Of a DNA stretch of 64,000 bases, positions 46,987-55,009 are shown in pieces (position 1 is the first letter of the stretch; every line of letters begins with the position of its first letter). The notes below the pieces were generated by a model that was not told the origin of the DNA, searched no databases, and worked only from the letters and a program-made list of their open reading frames with translations. Source of the stretch: Thermoplasmata archaeon (GTDB lineage: Archaea; Thermoplasmatota; Thermoplasmata; Thermoplasmatales; Thermoplasmataceae); NCBI GenBank assembly GCA_021785735.1, contig JAJYEP010000001.1, positions 29 through 64,028 on the forward strand, written 5' to 3'. The translations under genes were made by a program, and so were the position numbers.

Positions 46987-47376
46987 CTAGTTCTGGAACA
47001 TTATTTTGCGTTTTCCCATTGCCTCCCAGTATGAAATTTCAGTGCCGGGTTTCACGCGATCGACGATATCATCATCCAATGGGATAACAAAGGTTTCAAA
47101 AGTCTCGGAATCCATTAGCTGAGCTTCCTTGTTGGCGACTGAAAGAACCTGTGCATTCTTTTTCTCTATAATGGGTACCTTGACCTTATGTTTGACCGGA
47201 TACACGACACTGTGCTTCTGATTGTCGAATATCCCAATAGCCACAATTCTTCCTTTTGCTTCTCCATGCTTTCCGGGTTTTGACATGGTTATTTCCATTA
47301 TTTTGCACGGAGAATCATCAATCAGCATGTATCTTCCAACTTTCAATTCTCTAACTTCGGCTTCCTGCCAACTCAT
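46987..47376 (-). CDS. eif5a: Translation initiation factor 5A (aIF5A)
   Basis: 129 aa. The hypusination loop is [12 protein letters not shown] and the C-terminal domain is OB-like. Confidence 0.92.
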   Translation of the reverse strand: MSWQEAEVRELKVGRYMLIDDSPCKIMEITMSKPGKHGEAKGRIVAIGIFDNQKHSVVYPVKHKVKVPIIEKKNAQVLSVANKEAQLMDSETFETFVIPLDDDIVDRVKPGTEISYWEAMGKRKIMFQN

Positions 47377-47459
47377 TAGTTATCAGAGGGCAATATATTA
47401 TGTATTTAAATAGTTATCAGATTTTTCATTCATATGTGACTTGAGATACCATAATCCGA

Positions 47460-47495
47460 AATGAAAATACACGGTAGAAACACTGTATTTTCATT
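47460..47495. repeat. 12-bp perfect inverted repeat (AATGAAAATACA-N12-TGTATTTTCATT) in the aIF5A/Sm divergent intergenic region
   Basis: The arms are at 47460-47471 and 47484-47495. In the same spacer an 11-nt direct repeat TAGTTATCAGA occurs at 47377-47387 and 47411-47421. Confidence 0.5.
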
Positions 47496-47541
47496 CTCGC
47501 TAAGGTTAAATAGACTATAACAATAAACGTTCGAAGCATAA

Positions 47542-47790
47542 ATGCCTAAACCTGGAGTTTCCGTAGTTAAGCCAATGGACGTTCTTCGGCAGTCTATTGA
47601 CAAGGGCGTAATGGTTGAGGTAAAGGGTAAACGATTGTATTCCGGAGTGCTGGAAGGATATGATGTTTATATGAACCTCGTTATCAAAAACGCGGGAGAA
47701 GTAATTAATGATCAAAACGTTGGTGTTCACCAGCGTGTGCTAGTAAGAGGAGACAATGTGATATATATATCTCCATCATCAGGTGATTGA
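47542..47790 (+). CDS. Sm-like archaeal protein (SmAP/LSm)
   Basis: 82 aa. Sm1 motif VMVEVKGKRLYSGVLEGYDVYMNLVI and Sm2 motif VLVRGDNVIYI are present. It is followed by L37e, a conserved archaeal pair. Confidence 0.88.
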   Translation: MPKPGVSVVKPMDVLRQSIDKGVMVEVKGKRLYSGVLEGYDVYMNLVIKNAGEVINDQNVGVHQRVLVRGDNVIYISPSSGD

Positions 47791-47792
47791 CA

Positions 47793-47957
47793 ATGAGTAA
47801 TGGAACAGCCGTAATGGGCAAAATGGGAAAGAAGAAGGTTCATATTACATGCAGGAGATGTGGAAAACACACTTACCACATCAGGGAAAAGAGGTGCTCT
47901 TCCTGTGGGTTCCCCGACCCCAGAATCCGATCCTACCATTGGGCAAAAGCCAGATGA
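47793..47957 (+). CDS. rpl37e: 50S ribosomal protein L37e
   Basis: Not in the ORF track (54 aa). My translation is MSNGTAVMGKMGKKKVHITCRRCGKHTYHIREKRCSSCGFPDPRIRSYHWAKAR, with the C4 zinc ribbon CRRC...CSSC typical of L37e. Confidence 0.88.
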   Translation: MSNGTAVMGKMGKKKVHITCRRCGKHTYHIREKRCSSCGFPDPRIRSYHWAKAR

Positions 47958-49359
47958 ACATTGTGCCGTAGTTGGAATATACGGCAAAGAACAGGCATTT
48001 TACGATCTGCTTGTGTCACTGAAAGCGCTACAGCATAGGGGCCAGGAAAGTGCAGGTATTGCAACATTCGACGGTTCCGTTGTGCATCTCAAGAAAGGAA
48101 TGGGGCTTGTTTCAGAAGTTTTTCCGGAGCGTGAAGGTGTCACTTATGGTTCTTTGTCCGGGAACGTAGGAATAGGTCACACAAGGTATTCCACACAAGG
48201 AACTAAGACCATTGAGAATGCAGGTCCGTTCGTCATTTCAAATTCAATAGGATACATGGCCATCTCTCACAACGGCGAAATCACCAATGCTGAACCATTG
48301 AAAGAAGAACTTAAGAAGAAGGGATCTGCCTTCCTGACATCATCAGATACCGAAGTCATGCTGATGGAACTTTCAAGGGAAATAGTTGAAAAGGGAGTAA
48401 AAAACGGCTTCAGAGCTGCAGTTTCAAAGCTGAAGGGCGCCTATGCTGTTACCGTCCTGATAAACGACCGGCTCTTCGGTCTAAGGGATCCACTCGGTAT
48501 AAGGCCACTTGTTGTAGGAAAGGTGAGAGACAACTATGTTATTGCCTCAGAGAGTTGTGTTTTTGAATCTCTTGACGGTGAGATGATTCGTGATATCAAG
48601 CCGGGAGAACTGGTTGAGATTACAAATGATGGTGTAGAATCAATATTCACGGTGAACAATGGTAAAACAGCGCATTGCATGTTTGAGTACGTCTATTTTG
48701 CGAGACCTGACAGTATAATAGATGACATGGAGGTTTTCACCGTCAGGACGGAGATTGGCAGGTTACTGGCGAAAGAACATCCGGTGGATGCAGACGTTGT
48801 TATACCGGTTCCTGACTCAGGACGAGCTCAGGCTCTTGGTTTTTCCAACGAATCCGGGATTCCATACAGCGAGGGACTGATCAAAAACAGGTATTCCGGC
48901 AGAACATTCATTATGCCGACGCAGAAAAGTAGATCTGCAGCGGTCAAGCTAAAGCTTAATCCCATCAAGTCGGTGATATCCGGAAAGAAGGTTGTATTGG
49001 TCGATGACAGCATAATAAGGGGAAACACAATCAGGCACATTGTCGCAATGCTGAGGCGAAATGGTGCCGCAGAGATTCACGTGAGGGTCGGTTCTCCTCC
49101 CATAGCCCACGCCTGTTATTTCGGAGTTGACATGAAGACAAAGGATCAGTTTGTGGCAACCGGAAAGACTGTCGATCAGATCAGGGAAGAGATAGGTGCT
49201 GACAGCCTCGGGTATCTTTCAATCCATAACCTGACAAAGGCGATTGGAAAACCCGGGAAAGCACTCTGCCTCGGTTGCCTTACCGGCGAATATCCGGTCA
49301 ACATTGCCGGTGAAAAGTACTCATATCAGGCGGAGCTCGAAGGTTACCAGGTCTCATGA
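47860..49359 (+). CDS. purF: Amidophosphoribosyltransferase
   Basis: The catalytic N-terminal nucleophile is in the context EHCAVVGIYG (Cys codon 47962-47964). LQHRGQESAGIA and the PRPP loop VVLVDDSIIRGNT are present, along with C-terminal Cys residues. The start (ATG 47860 or GTG 47905) lies inside rpl37e. Confidence 0.88.
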   Translation: MENTLTTSGKRGALPVGSPTPESDPTIGQKPDEHCAVVGIYGKEQAFYDLLVSLKALQHRGQESAGIATFDGSVVHLKKGMGLVSEVFPEREGVTYGSLSGNVGIGHTRYSTQGTKTIENAGPFVISNSIGYMAISHNGEITNAEPLKEELKKKGSAFLTSSDTEVMLMELSREIVEKGVKNGFRAAVSKLKGAYAVTVLINDRLFGLRDPLGIRPLVVGKVRDNYVIASESCVFESLDGEMIRDIKPGELVEITNDGVESIFTVNNGKTAHCMFEYVYFARPDSIIDDMEVFTVRTEIGRLLAKEHPVDADVVIPVPDSGRAQALGFSNESGIPYSEGLIKNRYSGRTFIMPTQKSRSAAVKLKLNPIKSVISGKKVVLVDDSIIRGNTIRHIVAMLRRNGAAEIHVRVGSPPIAHACYFGVDMKTKDQFVATGKTVDQIREEIGADSLGYLSIHNLTKAIGKPGKALCLGCLTGEYPVNIAGEKYSYQAELEGYQVS

Positions 49360-50196
49360 TCTGATTTTCATCTTATCTGATATGGTTTTTTTCATCGACG
49401 CCACATCGATAATGGTATGTGCATAATCGGCTCTTACTGCAATTGCGAGTTTGTTTGCTATTGTTCTGGCCACCCTGCCCCTGTAACGTGGAGGAAGGGA
49501 AGCAAGTCCTGCATACTTGAATATTATCCCATGTTTCGGATTCCTGGTGCCCCTCCTCATATGGCTGAAAAATGCCTTCTCTGCCCCAATAATCTGCAGG
49601 GTGCCTGCAGGCATCTTGATCATCTTCTTGAGACCTCCTGATATAACCAGAAAGTCTATTGCGAGATCGACACCAAGAAGTTCGGTCACATTTGGGAAGG
49701 AAGTTCTGACTCTTTCAGAAAGAAAAGTATTAACCCTGTCCCTCAGGTCGCAGACGTTGACTCCCGCATCCGAGATAGATTCCATTATGGGAAGCATCCC
49801 ACTTCCCTCCTGCGCAGGCTTGAAATTTCTTATGTAAATGCATGGATCCTGGTTGGTCTTATCATAGCCTGCGAGGATTCCAAAGCCCTGTATTTTCTCA
49901 TAATACGAATTGATGATTTTATGAAGTTCGTTCCTGAATATCCCGAGCTTCACAATGTACATGTCATCTGTGAATTCTTCTTTTATCCTTTTTTTCTCGT
50001 ATTCCAGAAGGAGGTTCCTTAAATCTGGGACTTTCTTTCGGCTGGTTACTCCATCCTCTGTTTCCGGAATTTTTCCTCCTCTCAGTTCCTGGAAAATTTC
50101 CATGTGGCCTGTTTCCAAATTTTTGAACTTTTTTATTCCTTCCCTGGTTTCCGTACCGTACCATTTCACTTTTTCTGGGTTCGACATGTTTTTCAC
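49354..50196 (-). CDS. Nop-domain protein (Nop5/Nop56/58- or Prp31-like), short form
   Basis: The C-terminal half carries FPNVTELLG...LQIIGAEKAFFSHMRRGTRNPKHGIIFKYAGL...RGRVARTIANKLAIAVRADY, the Nop-domain signature. The ORF is at most 280 aa (GTG 50196 or ATG 50187). An alternative start at ATG 49962 would give 202 aa. Confidence 0.68.
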   Translation of the reverse strand: MKNMSNPEKVKWYGTETREGIKKFKNLETGHMEIFQELRGGKIPETEDGVTSRKKVPDLRNLLLEYEKKRIKEEFTDDMYIVKLGIFRNELHKIINSYYEKIQGFGILAGYDKTNQDPCIYIRNFKPAQEGSGMLPIMESISDAGVNVCDLRDRVNTFLSERVRTSFPNVTELLGVDLAIDFLVISGGLKKMIKMPAGTLQIIGAEKAFFSHMRRGTRNPKHGIIFKYAGLASLPPRYRGRVARTIANKLAIAVRADYAHTIIDVASMKKTISDKMKIRS

Positions 50197-51070
50197 TCAC
50201 ATCAGGCGGGTCTATAAGAATTCTGTCAAAATCCACAACCTTCACGTCGGATATTTCCTCTGCAGGAGTAAGCATTATCCCTGTACCCACCACGCCGTTA
50301 TCTTCGGAAATGACACAGACCCTGTCGCCTTTGACAGGGTTTCCAATAACAGCCTTAATTCCGCCAGGGTAAAGATCGGAACCGTGGGCGATTGTTCCCA
50401 TGGCGGATTTCTTGATCACGATCTTTGGCTTGTCCCTGAAGAGAAATATTGGCGGGATGAGAATCTTCCGCAGAAGTCGATTATCACCTTTCTTGAGCAA
50501 TTCTGAGGCATCACTGACATCCTGCATTGTAACGCACATATCCTCCGTGAATGGTCCGGTGGAAATTCTGCGAAGCTCCTCAAGCTGTCCGCCACCGGAA
50601 GTCATGTATCCAATATCCACGCACAGGGTACGTATATAGGTACCGGAATCGCATCTGACTTTGAAGAGAACTTCTCTGCCCTTCATTTCCAGGATGTCAA
50701 GTGAATAAATTCGCCTTTTTCTTAGGGTTCTTGCCACCGCTGACCTGACCGGCGGAATCTGATAAATCTCGTCCGTGAAGAGGGAAAATATCTCCCGCAC
50801 TTTCTTTTCATCAACATCACCATGGAACCTCATGACTCCGACATATTCCTTCGGATCTTCATGTGCAACATCGATAAGCCTTGTGGAATGCCCGAGTGCC
50901 ATGACCAGAACCCCTGAAACTCCAGGATCAAGCGTGCCAATATGCCCCACCCTTTCCACATTTAGCATTGTTCTGACCCAGTAGTCTATCTGATGGCTGG
51001 TGGGTCCCTTCGGCTTGTCTATTACAATAAAACCGTTGAGTTCATCAGCATGTAGGGTTGATTCCTGCAT
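49964..51070 (-). CDS. cbf5: tRNA/rRNA pseudouridine synthase Cbf5 (TruB family, with PUA domain) carrying an unusual basic C-terminal extension
   Basis: GFIVIDKPKGPTSHQ, GHIGTLDPGVSGVL (catalytic Asp) and a C-terminal PUA region are present. Start set at ATG 51070 (MQESTL...), because the ORF-track start at 51115 lies deep in cmk. The last 77 codons or so overlap the Nop-domain ORF. Confidence 0.85.
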   Translation of the reverse strand: MQESTLHADELNGFIVIDKPKGPTSHQIDYWVRTMLNVERVGHIGTLDPGVSGVLVMALGHSTRLIDVAHEDPKEYVGVMRFHGDVDEKKVREIFSLFTDEIYQIPPVRSAVARTLRKRRIYSLDILEMKGREVLFKVRCDSGTYIRTLCVDIGYMTSGGGQLEELRRISTGPFTEDMCVTMQDVSDASELLKKGDNRLLRKILIPPIFLFRDKPKIVIKKSAMGTIAHGSDLYPGGIKAVIGNPVKGDRVCVISEDNGVVGTGIMLTPAEEISDVKVVDFDRILIDPPDVSEKHVEPRKSEMVRYGNQGRNKKVQKFGNRPHGNFPGTERRKNSGNRGWSNQPKESPRFKEPPSGIREKKDKRRIHR

Positions 51071-51578
51071 ATATAATGTCGGCCCCCTCTTCTGCTGAAA
51101 TCTTCGTCGTATCAATTATGATATCATAGTATTCGGGAATCCTGTAATCGATTCCATAATATTTCATATATCTCTTAAGTTCTGAAGCTTCTCTTTCCTT
51201 GACAAGCTGCATAACCTCTTCCCTGGTACCGCCCTCTCTCTTCATCACTCTCTCGATCCTGACCTCGATGTCTGCGTCGATATATATCCTTGTTGCATCT
51301 ATGGCATTCTTTGTGGCAATCCATCCGGCAAGCCTGGATTCAAGCACGATGTCTTCTTTTGCCCTCAGTAATTGAAGGAGTCCCTGATCCTGTTCCCTGT
51401 CAATTTCAGGGTTTGTTTCTGCGTATTTTCCGAACTCTGCAAGGGTCATATTATGTTTTCTGGCATTCTGCCTGAAAATTTCTCCGCCGGAGATGAACTC
51501 AATCTGCAGTTTTCTGGACAGAAGAATGCCAACGGTCGATTTACCGCTTCCTATTGGGCCACTAAGCGTAATTCTCAT
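51045..51578 (-). CDS. cmk: Cytidylate kinase, archaeal type
   Basis: 177 aa. The P-loop is ITLSGPIGSGKST. Its position in the secY-adk-DUF106-cmk string is conserved in archaea. Confidence 0.88.
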   Translation of the reverse strand: MRITLSGPIGSGKSTVGILLSRKLQIEFISGGEIFRQNARKHNMTLAEFGKYAETNPEIDREQDQGLLQLLRAKEDIVLESRLAGWIATKNAIDATRIYIDADIEVRIERVMKREGGTREEVMQLVKEREASELKRYMKYYGIDYRIPEYYDIIIDTTKISAEEGADIIYAGINPTC

Positions 51579-52267
51579 TGGATCATATCTGCTGAAGTTT
51601 GCCTTTCGGCTTTCTTGATCTTGTAGTTGAAATCAATGTACTTTATCACCATGGTCGTGAAATAACCGATGATCAGGTTCGCAAACATGTAGATAGCTAT
51701 CCATGTGGGTACTATCCAGGCGGTAGAAGTGGCTATATTGAGGTTTGTGCCCCAGGGAACCGATATCAACTGGTATGAAAGTGAATCAACGAAAATATAC
51801 ATCCAGATGAAGAATAGGAATATGAAAACAGTGAGGACCATCAAAGGCTTCATTGTATTCATGCTCACCATCTGACTCTCCATCATCATGTCAGTCTGCA
51901 TCTTCCTCATCTTCTGTATTTTGTCACGCTTATTTTCTTTCAATGCTTCCCGATATGCCTTGCTGAAAGCCCTGCTTCTGGATTGTATTCTTCCCATCCT
52001 CAGCCAGTCAGTGAAAAAGTATCTTGGAACTGAAAGTATCAGACCTATTAAAACACCTGAAACTATGATTGTCAGGATGGGATAATGGCCTCCAAATCCG
52101 ACCAATGGGTAGAAAATGGAGTTTAAGCTCGAACCGATTACCACTCTTAATGTGGGATTTGTTATCACTATGATCATTGCAAAACTGACCATCAGATAAA
52201 CCATCTGAAACAGCAGGAACTTCTTCTGCTCGGGACTTACCGGTGGCGGTGCGTTACCTCTCTGCAA
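51575..52267 (-). CDS. DUF106-family membrane protein (archaeal Oxa1/YidC/EMC3-like)
   Basis: 230 aa with three hydrophobic helices and a basic coiled cytoplasmic loop (RSRAFSKAYREALKENKRDKIQKMRKMQ). It occupies the conserved slot between adk and cmk. Confidence 0.75.
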   Translation of the reverse strand: MQRGNAPPPVSPEQKKFLLFQMVYLMVSFAMIIVITNPTLRVVIGSSLNSIFYPLVGFGGHYPILTIIVSGVLIGLILSVPRYFFTDWLRMGRIQSRSRAFSKAYREALKENKRDKIQKMRKMQTDMMMESQMVSMNTMKPLMVLTVFIFLFFIWMYIFVDSLSYQLISVPWGTNLNIATSTAWIVPTWIAIYMFANLIIGYFTTMVIKYIDFNYKIKKAERQTSADMIQ

Positions 52268-52269
52268 GC

Positions 52270-52824
52270 TTAATCACCTCTTGTAAGTGCCTTTATTATC
52301 ATGCTTGATGCATAATCCGGATTGCCTTCCGGGTTATTCAAGAAGCTCACAGTGGCCCCGGAATATACTGCATAACTGATGGCGAAACTGCGATTCACAG
52401 CCTGGTGTTCTGCTATCTCTGACATGGTATCCTCGTCTCTCTTCCTTGTATGATCTCTGCTTCTCCTGTCCTTAATAAGTTCAGGTTCGGCCTCTATCAG
52501 GAAATACGATGACACTTTCAGTTCCCGCAGCACCCACTCTGGTAATCCAGGCAGATAACCGTTTGGAGATTTTATAGCCATATGGGTATCGATTATCACA
52601 TTATCCATCTTCCCGATTGCAGCTGAAGCCTTCTTCTGGAGATTGATCTGGGTATCCACGCTTAACTTTCTGAGTTCGTCTCTGTCCTTGACGAGATTGA
52701 TTTCCCTTGCCATCTCAAACATCAGTGTTCCATAGTTAATAATATCGTAATGAGTCTGTTTTGACACTATTGCCAGTACCGTTGATTTTCCCACACCGGC
52801 CACACCTGATATGACGACTCTCAT
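52270..52824 (-). CDS. adkA: Adenylate kinase, archaeal type
   Basis: 184 aa. The P-loop is VVISGVAGVGKST. It lies immediately downstream of secY. Confidence 0.88.
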   Translation of the reverse strand: MRVVISGVAGVGKSTVLAIVSKQTHYDIINYGTLMFEMAREINLVKDRDELRKLSVDTQINLQKKASAAIGKMDNVIIDTHMAIKSPNGYLPGLPEWVLRELKVSSYFLIEAEPELIKDRRSRDHTRKRDEDTMSEIAEHQAVNRSFAISYAVYSGATVSFLNNPEGNPDYASSMIIKALTRGD

Positions 52825-54591
52825 TTATGCCCCCGCAAAGAACTGTCTTATTACTGGATGCATTTCCATTAATTGTTCTTTCCCCAAAGCCTCGTAGAAT
52901 TGTATAACTATACCTACGGCAAGCAGAAGACCGGTTCCGCTCGTATCACCAACAGTACCGATAAGATTCGCTCCTGCCGCCAGGAGCCCTACGGCAGCGC
53001 CGCTGAAAACGGTTACAGCAGGAATATATTTCTTCAACACGCGCTCCATGATCTTCGGATCCCGCCTGAATCCCGGGATCTGCATACCACTAGACTGAAT
53101 CTGCTTTGCAACAGCACCTGCACCCATATTCGTGGTTTCAATCCAGAACTTTGCAAATATTATACTGAAAATAACCATGAAACCTACGAAGGCAAGAATA
53201 TGGATCGCCTCATCTAGGGCCGTATGCCCGAATAGAATGTTGCTGTATACCGAAGGGCTGATAATGGGGAAAAGCCAGTCGGCAAGACCATTAGGGGATG
53301 AAAGATAGAAAGCAAGCCCGCCTGTAGGTGTTGTATTGGAAATCGAACTTCCGTAGATCGAAAGCTGCGTTGCTGTAGGATACGCACCCAGAAGGGGATT
53401 ATGCCCCAAAAGAGGGATATGACTCAAAACTGGGCTATTCCAGAAGAGGAGAGTCCACATGGCAACGTTGGCAAGCAACGCGGTTGCAAGTATCACAGGT
53501 ATGTTTGATGCATAGAATAGCTGGATGGGATATCTTCCCCTAGCACCCCTCACCCTTTCGTGGGCGATGGGCAGCTCTATTTTACTGCTCTGGAAGTATG
53601 CGACAATGAAGAATATCAAAAGTGTACCCATCAGGGCAGTAATTGGATTTACCGGGGCAAATAGTAGCCTCTCTATACCTGTGTTATAAAGGTAGGATGA
53701 TGAAGAATTGAATATTATGTAAAACAGCTTTGGGATTGTTCCCGCAGGAGGATTATTAAGACTAAGCGGAAGTGTATTGGATGTGGGCAGCCAGTTTATC
53801 GCTCCTGTGAATAGCTGTTGTGAAACACCAGCAGCAATGAACAGAGAAATTCCTGATCCGATCCCGTATTTCGAAACCAGCTCATCAAAGAGGAACACCA
53901 GATACGTTCCAAAGAACAGCTGCGCGATAATGATGGTCTGTGCTAGGAATTCGCCATATCCTGGAAATGTGGCATTAAGAGTTGACACAAGTGCGGTATC
54001 AGGAACAAGATATCCAAAGGCCTGCGGTATAGCTTCCACAAATATCATTATAATGATCAAAAGCTTCTGAACACCCTGATAGACGGCCTTGTCCTCGGAG
54101 TTCTGCAGATCAAGGTTGAAGATCTTGGCTCCAGAGAACAACTGCATTACTATGCTTGCAGTAACTATCGGGCCAATTCCAAGGTCCATGAGAGACCCGG
54201 ATGCGCCTGCAAATATTGCCCTGAATGATGCGAACACATCGACTGTCTGTGAGGTGTTGAGTCCATAGATGTAAATGTTGGTAAGTATGAAATACAAAAC
54301 TACAACGAGGGCTGTCCAGAATATTTTCCACTTGAACTGAACATGCCCCTTGGCTTTTTTGACAGCCGGGAGCTTCGATGTTAAATATTCCAGTCCATAC
54401 AACTTGCTCTTCTTGGGTCCCACATAACTGAATATGAGGTATGAAAGGCCAAATATGGGGAATGTAAGTACCGCAGCAATTATCAGCGAAATGTAATCAT
54501 ATTTCCCAAAATAAGCGAAGGCAATAATCTCAATTATATAGAGTATGCCGATGGGAATAGCAACTCGTTTATTCCTCTGAATCTGATCCAT
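52825..54591 (-). CDS. secY: Protein translocase subunit SecY (with in-frame N-terminal extension)
   Basis: 588-aa ORF. The canonical SecY N-terminus (LPAVKKAKGHVQFKWKIFWTALVVVLYFIL) begins only at about residue 64. The conserved plug and TM regions follow (GASGSLMDLGIGPIVTASIVMQL). An internal TTG at 54402 is an alternative start. Confidence 0.9.
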   Translation of the reverse strand: MDQIQRNKRVAIPIGILYIIEIIAFAYFGKYDYISLIIAAVLTFPIFGLSYLIFSYVGPKKSKLYGLEYLTSKLPAVKKAKGHVQFKWKIFWTALVVVLYFILTNIYIYGLNTSQTVDVFASFRAIFAGASGSLMDLGIGPIVTASIVMQLFSGAKIFNLDLQNSEDKAVYQGVQKLLIIIMIFVEAIPQAFGYLVPDTALVSTLNATFPGYGEFLAQTIIIAQLFFGTYLVFLFDELVSKYGIGSGISLFIAAGVSQQLFTGAINWLPTSNTLPLSLNNPPAGTIPKLFYIIFNSSSSYLYNTGIERLLFAPVNPITALMGTLLIFFIVAYFQSSKIELPIAHERVRGARGRYPIQLFYASNIPVILATALLANVAMWTLLFWNSPVLSHIPLLGHNPLLGAYPTATQLSIYGSSISNTTPTGGLAFYLSSPNGLADWLFPIISPSVYSNILFGHTALDEAIHILAFVGFMVIFSIIFAKFWIETTNMGAGAVAKQIQSSGMQIPGFRRDPKIMERVLKKYIPAVTVFSGAAVGLLAAGANLIGTVGDTSGTGLLLAVGIVIQFYEALGKEQLMEMHPVIRQFFAGA

Positions 54592-55009
54592 CTACCTCTA
54601 CCGTAGTTCCGTAAGCAGAAAGCTTGTTTATAGCCTTTTCTGTAGCCTCCGGTATTATGATCTTGGACTTCAATCTGAATTCCCCTGATCCAAGCAGCTT
54701 ATGGTACCCCGCTGTTTTCAGGTCTATTTCAGCGATTCCGTTCTGTTCGTTCACGAAACCCCTGGATTTGAGGTTGTCAATCAGAGAAGCAAGTTCGCCA
54801 AGTGACAGGGGAACTTTTGGTTCACCGGGGTGATGACTAGTAAATCCATGGCCACCAAAGTGTTCAGGATCGTATTTCACCATCCATATCCACCTGTGCT
54901 TCCCAAGCCCGGCCATTCCGGATCCTCCTCTCTTTCCCTTTCCTCTTCCAGCCTTCATGCCACGTCCGTAGTGGCCGCCTCTCTGTTTCTTAGTTCTGCT
55001 TCTCACCAT
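54569..55009 (-). CDS. rpl15: 50S ribosomal protein L15 (uL15)
   Basis: 146 aa. The Gly/Arg-rich N-terminus RGGHYGRGMKAGRGKGKRGGSG matches, and it occupies the slot between L30 and secY. Confidence 0.9.
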   Translation of the reverse strand: MVRSRTKKQRGGHYGRGMKAGRGKGKRGGSGMAGLGKHRWIWMVKYDPEHFGGHGFTSHHPGEPKVPLSLGELASLIDNLKSRGFVNEQNGIAEIDLKTAGYHKLLGSGEFRLKSKIIIPEATEKAINKLSAYGTTVEVDGSDSEE

